Positions 36,203-45,442 of a stretch of DNA of 64,000 nt are shown one piece after another; the first letter of the stretch is position 1; each line of letters opens with the position of its first letter. Source of the stretch: a virus (Duplodnaviria; Heunggongvirae; Uroviricota; Caudoviricetes); the IMG/VR virus record IMGVR_UViG_3300014205_000201; one strand, 5' to 3'. The position numbers and the translations under genes are program-made. Below the pieces are notes generated by a model, which saw only the letters and a list, made by a program, of their open reading frames with translations, was not told the DNA's origin and ran no database searches.

Positions 36203-36297
36203 GGTGCCCAACATGGTTAATTCTAGTTGGTAAGTGTTGGTTCTGTGAAAATAAACCTGAATGTAAAGCATGGTTGAATCGTAATAAAAGAGATTGA
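36199..36297 (+). CDS. 32-aa Cys-rich mini-protein (MRCPTWLILVGKCWFCENKPECKAW...)
   Basis: hand-translated. Confidence 0.35.
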   Translation: MRCPTWLILVGKCWFCENKPECKAWLNRNKRD

Positions 36298-36413
36298 AAA
36301 ATATGGTGACTTACTTTTTAGATATTCTTGCCGGACTCGGTTTAGCTTTGATTATTAGAACTGTAATTTATTATTTATTTCAAGACGAATCGGAATAGTC
36401 TGTCGGTGACAAG

Positions 36414-37160
36414 ATGAAAAATTTGTACTATTGTCTTGATTGTTTCGCTAAAATTCCTAAAGATAGTATTTTAAAAGAAGGCCAAGTATACCGATTAAGA
36501 CAGCCTACAAAATGCTATATTTGCCACAAGACATTTAATCGTCCTATTAAGTTAATGAAGTTTTCAAAAGATAGTATTAGACAAGATTATTTTAGAAAAT
36601 GTTTAACATGTGGTTTTGAAGCCAAAACACTCGATGACCTTAAACTGTTTAAACCCCGAAAAGGAAAATACTTTGCTTATGGTGTTGATGCTATCTGCCT
36701 AAATTGTCATACTGCAAAAAACATTGAATATATGAAACGCCAAAGAGAAGTTAATCCCCAAAAAAGTAGAGAGGCAGTAATGAAAAATTATTATAAAGAC
36801 CCTTCAAAACAGAGGGCAAGGGATTATTCATGGCGATTTATACAACCTGATACAAAATGTGCCGCTTGTGGCGCTACAGGTGTTCCATTACAAAAACATC
36901 ATCCTGATTATTCGCAATGGGATTTAGTGATAACACTATGTCGTAAGTGTCATGCAAAGCTTCGTAAGACTCCTAAAAAAATTAAGCCTAAATTTTCTCT
37001 TTGTAGCCAATGCCAAAATAAAACTTATCCTCCTGGTTATGTGATAACTTGGAGATGTTTAGGTCATAATGCTGATGTAAGCCCTATCCGCGAACGGTGG
37101 TTTACCTGTTCTACTTTTAAGCCTATTAATACAATCCGAAATGGGGTTCAATCAACATGA
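36414..37160 (+). CDS. HNH endonuclease with N-terminal zinc fingers (248 aa)
   Basis: CAACGATGVPLQKHHPDYSQWDLVITLCRKCHAKL. Confidence 0.6.
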   Translation: MKNLYYCLDCFAKIPKDSILKEGQVYRLRQPTKCYICHKTFNRPIKLMKFSKDSIRQDYFRKCLTCGFEAKTLDDLKLFKPRKGKYFAYGVDAICLNCHTAKNIEYMKRQREVNPQKSREAVMKNYYKDPSKQRARDYSWRFIQPDTKCAACGATGVPLQKHHPDYSQWDLVITLCRKCHAKLRKTPKKIKPKFSLCSQCQNKTYPPGYVITWRCLGHNADVSPIRERWFTCSTFKPINTIRNGVQST

Positions 37161-37303
37161 GTGAAGAAGCACCTTGGGAAAAGGCAGAAAAAAGAATAAG
37201 AAGAAAATGGTTAATTGACCAAAGTAACCGCTTCAAAAAGCAAGGCGGCGGTATAAGCATAATATCGTTTACACAACATCAATCTAAGGAGGAAAAAACT
37301 TGA
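37157..37303 (+). CDS. 48-aa basic mini-protein
   Basis: ATGA overlap with the upstream gene. Confidence 0.35.
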   Translation: MSEEAPWEKAEKRIRRKWLIDQSNRFKKQGGGISIISFTQHQSKEEKT

Positions 37304-37686
37304 GTGATGAAGCTAGAGGCGGCGTTTGGACATGGTGGTATGATTGGAGATTTTTAGCGGTCTTGGTCGCTATCGCTATTCTTATTTGTAGCATAGCTAC
37401 TGCCACAAATTATTATAATATACAATCTTTAGAAGAACACTCTCGACCTGGGGATTACTGGTATAATGCGCCAGATGGAATCTATTGGGCTTACACTGGT
37501 AATATTTTTGTTAATCAAACAGCGCGCACCGCTTATTTTACGCCCTGCCCATCTTCATCTACACAATTACATTGTGGCCCCTTTGGGTGGAATGTCACTG
37601 AAACATATGATAATCCTTACAATAATTCTGTTAAGGTAAAACTAGCCGTAATAGACAATACGATTGTTACAGTTATTCTATACTAG
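37300..37686 (+). CDS. secreted or membrane protein (128 aa; N-terminal TM)
   Basis: SD AAGGAGG; TTG/GTG/ATG starts within 10 nt. Confidence 0.45.
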   Translation: MSDEARGGVWTWWYDWRFLAVLVAIAILICSIATATNYYNIQSLEEHSRPGDYWYNAPDGIYWAYTGNIFVNQTARTAYFTPCPSSSTQLHCGPFGWNVTETYDNPYNNSVKVKLAVIDNTIVTVILY

Positions 37687-37700
37687 TGACACTGAATAAT

Positions 37701-37720
37701 TTCTGCCATTTCAGGCAGAA
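37701..37720. terminator. hairpin TTCTGCC-ATTTCA-GGCAGAA, 15 nt after the last plus-block stop, at the convergent block junction
   Basis: perfect 7-bp inverted repeat. Confidence 0.4.
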
Positions 37721-37850
37721 CCGGCAGCAAATGAACTTGTTAAATTAATCCTAATCCTTTAAACAAAAGATAAAGTCCTACCCAGAGCATAACTAAGGGT
37801 AGTATCCGGTGAAGTTTTTCTTTAGTTTCTTCTTTCATTTCTCCATACTC

Positions 37851-37879
37851 CGTCAGTTAGTGTGAAACTGGTGAATTTA
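37851..37879. promoter_or_regulatory. IR motif copy (cgtcagttagtgtgaaactggtgaattt)
   Basis: CAGTT-N8-AACTGGTGA. Confidence 0.5.
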
Positions 37880-38027
37880 TCTTGTCAGCGTCTTCAGCAA
37901 AATTCAAACCAACTTCTAACAATACAGCGGCTTTTTCTTCAATAGTCATATCATCTTGGTTGTGATCTATCAATTCGCTAATTCTTTGAATTACTCTTGC
38001 GCTTACTTCAAGTTGTAGCTTTATCAT
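37857..38027 (-). CDS. 56-aa acidic mini-protein (MIKLQLEVSARVIQRISELIDHNQDD...)
   Basis: hand-translated; IR motif just upstream. Confidence 0.35.
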   Translation of the reverse strand: MIKLQLEVSARVIQRISELIDHNQDDMTIEEKAAVLLEVGLNFAEDADKINSPVSH

Positions 38028-38029
38028 TT

Positions 38030-38437
38030 TTATGTCACCGGTTTGTTAGGAACTGGTGAATAATCAGTACAGTTAGCGCAGCAATCATGCTCAGCCATAT
38101 ACAACCCTTTGTTGCACTCTATCCATGTGCTTAATCCCTCATCTTCTTCTCGTTTGATCCTGTGTATGCAATCTCTTTTTACTGATGGAAAGAACTCTGG
38201 GTGTGTTTTAGCCCATGTGCCAAACCATTTTTCATACCATTCATAAGCAGCTTTGCCATCAACAATTATTTCGCCGTCTGTAGCAAAACTTACTGGAAAC
38301 TCTTGCTCTGCCATATCAAGTACACACCAAAGACCGGCAGTGTTAACAGATAAAGAGTGTATTTGGCCGTCATTTTCACAGCTATCTTCATGTTGTTTCC
38401 TAATATCTTTGTATAGTTTACCATCATTTTGTCGCAT
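38030..38437 (-). CDS. hypothetical protein (135 aa)
   Basis: SD GGAGG + IR motif upstream. Confidence 0.5.
   Translation of the reverse strand: MRQNDGKLYKDIRKQHEDSCENDGQIHSLSVNTAGLWCVLDMAEQEFPVSFATDGEIIVDGKAAYEWYEKWFGTWAKTHPEFFPSVKRDCIHRIKREEDEGLSTWIECNKGLYMAEHDCCANCTDYSPVPNKPVT
38035..38060. promoter_or_regulatory. IR motif copy (tcaccggtttgttaggaactggtgaa)
   Basis: CACCGGTT-N7-AACTGGTGA. Confidence 0.5.
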
Positions 38438-38439
38438 TA

Positions 38440-38694
38440 TTATTTTCCTCCATGAGTTGCCAGTTCATTGGGAACTGGTGGATAACTTAGGTTAGATCGT
38501 TCTTTTCCCTGTTCTTCAGAATAGATATTTACGTAACCTTCATCAAAGACAGCTAGTATGTAGGTTGCTTGCGATTCCGTTATGGCTTTGTTCATGTTTT
38601 CATTTAAGAGTTTTATTAGGGCTTCTCTTGATTTGTCTGCAAATTCTTTGGTGCTGAATGCCCGTATTACTCCTGCGTTAAAGGTCATTGCCAT
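38440..38694 (-). CDS. hypothetical protein (84 aa)
   Basis: its C-terminal codons contain an IR motif. Confidence 0.45.
   Translation of the reverse strand: MAMTFNAGVIRAFSTKEFADKSREALIKLLNENMNKAITESQATYILAVFDEGYVNIYSEEQGKERSNLSYPPVPNELATHGGK
38458..38481. promoter_or_regulatory. IR motif copy, near-perfect palindrome (ttgccagttcattgggaactggtgg)
   Basis: CCAGTT-N7-AACTGG. Confidence 0.55.
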
Positions 38695-38914
38695 TTATGG
38701 TTCTCCTTGTTTGGCTAAATCATAATCCAATGAAGTTATCATTCTTTTGACAGTTTCACCATTATTATCTATTCCTTTTTGTGCTGCGTTTCTAAGAATT
38801 TTTGTAAATTCATCGTAATTGTTTTCTGTTTCTTTACATGGTTTAAATTGTATTGACATAGTTCTCAAGTCAGCGTTAATTACTTATAAGATTTTATGTC
38901 AGTAACATAACATG

Positions 38915-39310
38915 CTACGGTATATGTTTTGGCGGTAGCTGTGGGATGACTGGTTTGATGCTTCTTTTGAGTTGCGCTCCAAATTTTAGGTATAGTGTGC
39001 TGCCTGGATGCGGTTCTACTTCTATGGTTGGGGCATACTGGTTAATGAGCGCAATTAAGTCTTTAACTTGTAAGGTTTTGTCTGCTAGCTCGAATCGTGC
39101 TTCAGCTAAAGTTATTCTGCCTACATTATTGATGGCGTTATCTTTGGCCATGTCTATTAGTTTTTGTGCCAAGTTGTGTGGGGTGTCTTCTGTTTCATAG
39201 ACTTTTTTGGGTTGGATGCGTTTTACCGGTTCTAGCTGTTTCTTTGCTAAATGTTTTAGGGCATCTAGCGGTGATGGTTCTAGTTCTGTCCGACAATATT
39301 TTTCACTCAT
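38915..39310 (-). CDS. hypothetical protein (131 aa)
   Basis: co-directional packing. Confidence 0.45.
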   Translation of the reverse strand: MSEKYCRTELEPSPLDALKHLAKKQLEPVKRIQPKKVYETEDTPHNLAQKLIDMAKDNAINNVGRITLAEARFELADKTLQVKDLIALINQYAPTIEVEPHPGSTLYLKFGAQLKRSIKPVIPQLPPKHIP

Positions 39311-39660
39311 GTATTGACCTTCTTAAGTAGTTTATAGAATGGAATTTCGTCTAAGGTATGGTATCTTGAATTTATTTCTCCAAAGTTTTCTGCTAGAAGT
39401 TCTTTAATTTGTTGGTGTGATAATTTGTGATAAACTTCTTTTAGATTTAATTCTCTTATTACATATGCCCCTTCATTACATGTTGGGCAACGATAGAGAT
39501 TTCTATCTTTGTTAAGACATAGGCAAGCACCATGTTCTTTGCAAGTTACTTTATTATTTTCTGTCCAGAAGATTTTGCCAGTTGAAACTGATGTTAGGCC
39601 ATTTTTCACTATTGGATTGAATTTTGGCATGTCTTTTATATCAATTAGTTTATAGTTCAT
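39307..39660 (-). CDS. zinc-ribbon protein (CKEHGACLCL...CPTC); start at the internal Met MNYKLID with SD GGAGAG
   Basis: the track ORF 39307-39723 would overlap the HNH gene by 74 nt. Confidence 0.45.
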   Translation of the reverse strand: MNYKLIDIKDMPKFNPIVKNGLTSVSTGKIFWTENNKVTCKEHGACLCLNKDRNLYRCPTCNEGAYVIRELNLKEVYHKLSHQQIKELLAENFGEINSRYHTLDEIPFYKLLKKVNT

Positions 39661-40231
39661 TTTTATTCTCTCCTGCCAAATTATTTTTATCAGTATGTTC
39701 CCATCTATTACATGACCGCCCATTTATGGATACTTTGAATCTACCACAAGATGGCCAAATCTTTTTACAGCTATCACAATGCCTATTTGCGAAGTAGGAT
39801 ACAACATCTTTTGGGGTTCCCTTTGGTATATTATCTCTATGCCATAAACCATGGCACTTTCTACAAAGGGTTGTTACTGTGAGTGGTTTGGTATAGTCAT
39901 CATGATGCCTAACTAGGTTCTCTGTTGCACCACATTTTTCGCATTTATCTTTTAGTGATGTAAATGTATAGGCATATCTTTGTGCTTTAAAATGATCCAT
40001 GTTGTTTGATCGCCATTTATAATATGATTTGGCGTAAGCGTCAGCGTGCTCTTGTCTGTATTGTCTTGCTTTCTTATGGTCTGCTTCTTTTTGGTCGGGA
40101 GTTTTTGCATCATTTTTTGCTCTTCTTTTTAAATTTCGCTTATGATTATAATCTGGATCTATCAGCATTTGTTTATGGCGATATTTTGTTGAGGCGCTGG
40201 TCATTATGTTAATGCCTCGCATTTTAAGCAT
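39650..40231 (-). CDS. HNH endonuclease (third paralog)
   Basis: CEKCGATENLVRHHDDYTKPLTVTTLCRKCHGLWH. Confidence 0.6.
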   Translation of the reverse strand: MLKMRGINIMTSASTKYRHKQMLIDPDYNHKRNLKRRAKNDAKTPDQKEADHKKARQYRQEHADAYAKSYYKWRSNNMDHFKAQRYAYTFTSLKDKCEKCGATENLVRHHDDYTKPLTVTTLCRKCHGLWHRDNIPKGTPKDVVSYFANRHCDSCKKIWPSCGRFKVSINGRSCNRWEHTDKNNLAGENKNEL

Positions 40232-40440
40232 TTGAAATTGTCTTCATACTTTTCTTGGATAGTTAAGACTTCGCAATGTTGGCATCGTCGGATAACTTGA
40301 TTAGAATTTTTTATTACTGACCGTGCAAGTGTTTGGTACACTCTACAATAAGCCTTTTGTTTTTCTTTGTTTTTGTAGGGCAACTTATTGTTTACTCCTT
40401 ATTAGTATAGTAAACCATTACCCTGATATAAAAGGGTTTA

Positions 40441-40875
40441 CTAAACCTTGTCGTGGGATGCCGAAATATCACTAACTGTCAGTTCATCAAGGGATACTAT
40501 GCCTTCTACTTCTGAGCTAATTAGCAAAGTTTTAACATTTGCTTTTTTGGCACGTTCAAGCATATCTTTGGTTCCTTTGCTGTGTTCAAGGTCGTTATGA
40601 AAAGCAACAACTAAGATAGGCTTGTGTTTATCCAGCATCATTTGGTTGCGAATTGGTCCCGCAGCTTTACCATACTTGAACCAATCAGCCTTTTCCTCAA
40701 TAACATTCATCCCTAAATCTTTAGCAAGCCAACCGCTAATTTTATCAGCGCCTCGACAGCCCCCCTCTATAATTGTTATCTGTTTAGGGTAGGTATTTAG
40801 TGTTAAAGATTGAAGGTAATGCTTTATCAATTCTACATGGTTCCAGTTTCTATCACCACAGATTAAAATTTTCAT
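40441..40875 (-). CDS. SLOG-superfamily protein (DUF2493/YspA-like)
   Basis: GGCRGADKISGWLAKDLG ... GKAAGPIRNQMML. Confidence 0.5.
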   Translation of the reverse strand: MKILICGDRNWNHVELIKHYLQSLTLNTYPKQITIIEGGCRGADKISGWLAKDLGMNVIEEKADWFKYGKAAGPIRNQMMLDKHKPILVVAFHNDLEHSKGTKDMLERAKKANVKTLLISSEVEGIVSLDELTVSDISASHDKV

Positions 40876-41474
40876 TTAATTACCTCAGTAAATTGTGTAA
40901 TAGATTGTTGTTGTCGTTGAAATAAAAGTTTTCGAGCTAACGAGTTTGCTTTAGATGATACAACTGTTGCTTTTTTCATACCAGTATTTCTTAAGAACTT
41001 ATCATAAAGACGATCATGCTCAGATTTAACTGGTGTTTGCAATTTTGGTTCATCAAGAACAGAAATGCCCTTCGCATCAGGGTAGTATGTTCCTACGCCT
41101 AAATCTTGAAAAGCTTTCCGATTTTTTATTAATTCTTTAAAGTCACAAATAAAAGCGCAAGAATAATCAAAGTAACGTGCGTAATTCTGAGTTTGTAGAA
41201 TAGCAGTTTTAACTTTATCACCTATATGTTTGACTTCAAAAGCCCAGAGTTTTCCATCTTTCCAAGCGGCAACATCTACCAATCCATAAAGGTCATGTTG
41301 GTCTAGTGATGCTACTTCTTCACAGTCATCATATCTGTTCCAGTAAAGGAATGGCATATTGTTAACATGTACTGAAGGACACCAAAACTCCATTGGATAA
41401 ACCCTGTAGCCATTACTGCTTAACCATTGGGCTAAGGCTGGGTAATCTCCAACGTAATGTTTTGGGTAAGGCAA
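40872..41474 (-). CDS. PD-(D/E)XK-family nuclease-like protein (Hjc-like core), 200 aa
   Basis: GLVDVAAWKDGKLWAFEVKH (D...EVK); ATGA-overlapped with the SLOG gene. Confidence 0.45.
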   Translation of the reverse strand: MPYPKHYVGDYPALAQWLSSNGYRVYPMEFWCPSVHVNNMPFLYWNRYDDCEEVASLDQHDLYGLVDVAAWKDGKLWAFEVKHIGDKVKTAILQTQNYARYFDYSCAFICDFKELIKNRKAFQDLGVGTYYPDAKGISVLDEPKLQTPVKSEHDRLYDKFLRNTGMKKATVVSSKANSLARKLLFQRQQQSITQFTEVIK

Positions 41475-41476
41475 AT

Positions 41477-41869
41477 CTATTTTACACCATTCTCTGACAC
41501 TTTGCCGTTAACTGTCGGTTTAGGATTTTCAATACCTGCCATAATTCTGAGGCATTCATTAGGATCATCTCTAACTGAACAATCATCTATGTCGCAAAGT
41601 TTACACCGCATTTTAGCTAAACTATATCTGAATAATCTGGAGAGCACATCCTCGTTCCAAAGCATATCCAAGAATGTTTCTACATCGTTAAGTTGAATTC
41701 TGAGTCGATGTAGTTCTTCGCTGTTCTCAAAGTAATCGACTTCCATAGCTTCGCATTCTTTTGGAATGCGCCAACTGCTGAGCATCGCGTCTCTTGAGGT
41801 TAGGGCTAAGACTTCTGGTTTGTCGCCTTTTACTGTAACAACAAATTTCTTTTCATAAGGGTAAGTCAT
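41477..41869 (-). CDS. hypothetical protein (130 aa)
   Basis: co-directional packing. Confidence 0.45.
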   Translation of the reverse strand: MTYPYEKKFVVTVKGDKPEVLALTSRDAMLSSWRIPKECEAMEVDYFENSEELHRLRIQLNDVETFLDMLWNEDVLSRLFRYSLAKMRCKLCDIDDCSVRDDPNECLRIMAGIENPKPTVNGKVSENGVK

Positions 41870-42093
41870 TGTTTTTTCTCTCCTTGTGATTTAAGTGCAG
41901 TGATTTCAGCCATGAGTTCAGACTTTTCACACAGATCAACTTGTGCCTTGAAAACAAGTTTTCCAGGAACTAACGGTATAAGCATATATGCGTATTCAGG
42001 AAATACGTGTTCTATTTGAATAATAGCGGCTGAGTGTAGTTTATGGATTTCTTTGAATACCGTGCCGTTTACTTGTTCTGTAATTAAAGTCAT
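41866..42093 (-). CDS. hypothetical protein (75 aa)
   Basis: ATGA overlap. Confidence 0.4.
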   Translation of the reverse strand: MTLITEQVNGTVFKEIHKLHSAAIIQIEHVFPEYAYMLIPLVPGKLVFKAQVDLCEKSELMAEITALKSQGEKKQ

Positions 42094-42253
42094 TTTTGTT
42101 CATTCTCCCATAATTTCTTTTTCCAACAGGCAAAACATTGTTCTTTGGTTCCATCTCTGCCAACTGTTTCATTCCATTCGAGATAAGCACTTATTGATAG
42201 CGGGTTATCGTCAAGTATTAGTAGGTCTTGAGAGTGACCGCATTTGTATTGAG

Positions 42254-42574
42254 TCATTTTTTGTCTTCTCCATGCGCCGTCAGTTTACCGATAACTGGTG
42301 GTGCCTTCGCTTTTGTTTCGAGTTTATACAATTCTACTTTAAATGGTGCTAGCTCCTTTTTTGTCCGTAGTTTTCTAAGTATTGTTTGTGCCTGTACTTG
42401 TTTGAATACTTTAGCTTCGTTTTGGAAACAGAATGCTATATTGTTGCGGTAACAACTTAATCCCTTATGGCCGCCTTTGTTAGCTAACTCTTCAGTGGCA
42501 TAACCATAACAAAGAGTATATCCCTTTTTTAATAATTCAATAATTTCTTTTACTTGTTCTTCAACAGTTCTCAA
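42254..42574 (-). CDS. hypothetical protein (106 aa)
   Basis: IR motif upstream. Confidence 0.45.
   Translation of the reverse strand: MRTVEEQVKEIIELLKKGYTLCYGYATEELANKGGHKGLSCYRNNIAFCFQNEAKVFKQVQAQTILRKLRTKKELAPFKVELYKLETKAKAPPVIGKLTAHGEDKK
42278..42302. promoter_or_regulatory. IR motif copy (ccgtcagtttaccgataactggtggtg)
   Basis: CAGTT-N8-AACTGGTG. Confidence 0.5.
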
Positions 42575-42772
42575 TTAAGAATCCTCCTTCTTTTGTTCAC
42601 CATTTATTGACTGTTTATTATCTATAGTCGGTTTGACTCGGAGGCAGCTTACGCAGTTATGCCATTCAACACCGTTGCGTACCTCTGGGGTTTTAGCGGG
42701 ATCTCGGACGTAGGGGCGGCATTGGCCTAAGCCAACATTCTTTTTGAAAGGACAAACAAGCGGCTCACTCAT
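42575..42772 (-). CDS. Cys-rich protein (65 aa)
   Basis: co-directional packing. Confidence 0.4.
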   Translation of the reverse strand: MSEPLVCPFKKNVGLGQCRPYVRDPAKTPEVRNGVEWHNCVSCLRVKPTIDNKQSINGEQKKEDS

Positions 42773-42919
42773 GTTATAACCACCTTAATTTTTCCTTCGT
42801 TCACCATTTGAACTAGGAGTTTAAAGCCCTCGTCTGGGTGATGGCGCTCTGTTTCTTCTAGGTGATCCATGAATACTAAACCGTCTGTGAATTCGGCTTT
42901 GCATTTAGGGCATATTATT

Positions 42920-43069
42920 TTACTCACTGGATTTAGCCCCCTCTGTTAAATCGGGAACATCTGATACAACCTCAACTAATGGAATGCCCTTTATATTCAG
43001 CCAAACTCTAATGTGAACTTGCTCTCCGCAACTTCGACATTGAAGCCATCTATCAAATTTATCAGACAT
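42920..43069 (-). CDS. 49-aa zinc-ribbon mini-protein (MSDKFDRWLQCRSCGEQ...). A C2H2-like GTG-start ORF (CPKCKAEFTDGLVFMDHLEETERHH) may follow it.
   Basis: hand-translated. Confidence 0.3.
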   Translation of the reverse strand: MSDKFDRWLQCRSCGEQVHIRVWLNIKGIPLVEVVSDVPDLTEGAKSSE

Positions 43070-43241
43070 TACTTTTTGTCCTCCGTTATCGGTTCATCTA
43101 CAAGTGATGCTTGATAGTCTGGGCAATCTTCACCACAAAAACGCAGATATTTTGAGCATTTATGAAAGGTTTTTCCATCATGTTCAGCTTCTGTATGTTT
43201 TGGGCAATGTAAGCGAAATAGAAGATAAGTAAAATTCACCA

Positions 43242-43640
43242 TTACTTAGAGTCCTCCGACTTGTTGGATACATCCGATTCGTAAACGTCGCCTAACTGGA
43301 ATGCTAAACAGGTAGGTGTGTTTACGTCTTGTTTGCCTTGCTCACTGAAATATTCGGGGGTTGGGCAACGTACTATTTTTCTACAGTAGCGAACGTGTTT
43401 TCGTTTACCACAGATAAAGACAGCGATAGCTAAGTTGTAATCTCCGATTGTTCGGAAAAGGTTAGAGCTATCAAAGACTTCACAGCCTAAGTAAGGAACC
43501 GCGTTTTTTATTCGAGTTTGCCAAAAGGCAGTATCTCGGCGGTACTCTACCGTTTTTGTGCCTGCCACTATTTTGTCAAAATATCGTTGGCGAATGCGAA
43601 AGACAAATTTTTTAAGGGGAGTACATGCTTGGTCGCTCAT
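43242..43640 (-). CDS. ASCH (PUA-like) domain protein
   Basis: N-term FVFRIRQRYFDKIVAGTKTVEYRR is typical of ASCH. Confidence 0.4.
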   Translation of the reverse strand: MSDQACTPLKKFVFRIRQRYFDKIVAGTKTVEYRRDTAFWQTRIKNAVPYLGCEVFDSSNLFRTIGDYNLAIAVFICGKRKHVRYCRKIVRCPTPEYFSEQGKQDVNTPTCLAFQLGDVYESDVSNKSEDSK

Positions 43641-43888
43641 TGGGTGGCCTCCGTCTTTTCTTGTACAACCGATAGTTTTAAGAAATTAGGCGACCATTTT
43701 TCGCGGTAATATTTACCTCTTCTACTTTGCCTTTCTACTGCTACAACAACACCATAAGCGTATTCGTCACCACTAAGTATTTTTAATACCTTCCAAGGCA
43801 ACACAATATCTTTAGGAAACTTGAACATCTTTCTTGCAAGTAGATTAGGCTCAACTAGAGTGCCAGGTGTGATTTGTTTAATGTTCAT
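43637..43888 (-). CDS. hypothetical protein (83 aa)
   Basis: ATGA overlap. Confidence 0.4.
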   Translation of the reverse strand: MNIKQITPGTLVEPNLLARKMFKFPKDIVLPWKVLKILSGDEYAYGVVVAVERQSRRGKYYREKWSPNFLKLSVVQEKTEATQ

Positions 43889-44238
43889 TGTTTGGCCTCT
43901 TTATCGTTTTGAACACATTTAACACTCAGTTCAATCTTGAGAACATTAAGCCACATTCGAGCATCTTTTAATGAGGAGATTTGACCCTTGAAATATGCCT
44001 GCCGAAATGTTACAGAACCATCGCCAAACGTGAAGCCTTCACCTAACTCTAACTCTGCGAAACTGTCAATAGCCCATTTGAGGCGATCTTTTGCGCTCCA
44101 TGTGGATGAATTAAGTATTTCACAGCTAAACGGATTCATCAGGGTATCTTTTTTATGGATGAGGTTGTTTATGCGTTGTAAGTGAAAGTCATTATATGAG
44201 CCTTTGAAACGGGATGTTGTAACATTCCAACTTCGCAC
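43885..44238 (-). CDS. hypothetical protein (117 aa)
   Basis: co-directional packing. Confidence 0.45.
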   Translation of the reverse strand: MRSWNVTTSRFKGSYNDFHLQRINNLIHKKDTLMNPFSCEILNSSTWSAKDRLKWAIDSFAELELGEGFTFGDGSVTFRQAYFKGQISSLKDARMWLNVLKIELSVKCVQNDKEAKQ

Positions 44239-44468
44239 ATCTAAGCCTCCTTTTTCTTTTCACGGTAAAATCTGATTAGCATATCTATTGTGTCGGACAT
44301 CGTGAATGGTTGACCAAGTGAAGCTTGAAATTCCCCGCCGAGTTTGATTAATTCGGTTTTTACTTTGTCCTCAATTCTTATGGATTCGGTCACTTTCATA
44401 CACCTTAATTCTTTATTCCCACACTTAATGCTTTGTGGTACAATACCACAGTGTGGTGTATGTAGTAT

Positions 44469-44777
44469 TTAAGATTTGGGGTTAGTTGTTAAATCAGCGC
44501 CATCCGTTTCGAATTTGCCAGACTTCCCCGATTCATCAAAAACAAAGCCATCGCGCTTTACCCATATTCTAAAACAATTTTCTACAGTGTGAGCAACTTG
44601 ATACAGCATACAGTGGTGATAGTGGCCTTTCGCTTGGTAGATGTCTGTCTCTCTTATGACTTCATCACAGGTGCATTGTAAGTCAGGGTCTAACAGTAGT
44701 ATATCCCATATGTCTTGTTCGATTGAAGCTTGAAGATACTCTTTCTCTATTTTTGTAGATATTTCTTTTAAATTCAT
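44469..44777 (-). CDS. hypothetical protein (102 aa)
   Basis: co-directional packing. Confidence 0.45.
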   Translation of the reverse strand: MNLKEISTKIEKEYLQASIEQDIWDILLLDPDLQCTCDEVIRETDIYQAKGHYHHCMLYQVAHTVENCFRIWVKRDGFVFDESGKSGKFETDGADLTTNPKS

Positions 44778-45442
44778 AATTTTGCCTCGCTTATCGGTTG
44801 TGCATGAAGCAACGAATTAGGGGCTAATTCCTGAACTAACCATCTTTTGGTTTGATTGGTCAATGTCTCTGCTATTTGTCTGTAGCAACTATCAACTACC
44901 CAATCCTCAATACGGTTAAACCTTGCATTACGGCTAACTTTTATACCATGTAAGTGAAACCCTTGATTTTCCATAGTTACATAGTGGGGATATTCCACCA
45001 ATAAATTGTCTAAATCGACTTCGATTATGCCAACACTTGAAGAAACTTCTGAGTGTTCGATAAGACCTTTAGGAATTAGGAGATAGTTATAATTGCATCC
45101 TGTGTGGATGAAGCCGTTTTTAAAGTCTGACCGTGAAACCTTTATTTCAAATCCACGTAAAATGTTATTGAATTTTATTTTCTGGTCATACTCTACTTCA
45201 CCATACTTGACCTTCTCATTTTTTTGCTCCTTATAGGGAATATATTTTTTGGATACCCCAAGAACGTCGATAATATAATGTTTGTCAGCATCGTGTAATA
45301 GGTGGTCACGCATGGTTAGTTTTATCTCTGTTGAAATAGCATAACAACCCATCTTTTTCAACATAAGAAAACCAACCTTTGTTAGTAGCGCAGTTGTTTG
45401 CCTATCAGTAAGTTTAGCTTTTTCCAGACAAGTAACGCTCAT
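44774..45442 (-). CDS. PD-(D/E)XK nuclease-like protein (222 aa)
   Basis: IIDVLGV ... GFEIKVSRSD (D...E-x-K). Confidence 0.4.
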   Translation of the reverse strand: MSVTCLEKAKLTDRQTTALLTKVGFLMLKKMGCYAISTEIKLTMRDHLLHDADKHYIIDVLGVSKKYIPYKEQKNEKVKYGEVEYDQKIKFNNILRGFEIKVSRSDFKNGFIHTGCNYNYLLIPKGLIEHSEVSSSVGIIEVDLDNLLVEYPHYVTMENQGFHLHGIKVSRNARFNRIEDWVVDSCYRQIAETLTNQTKRWLVQELAPNSLLHAQPISEAKL

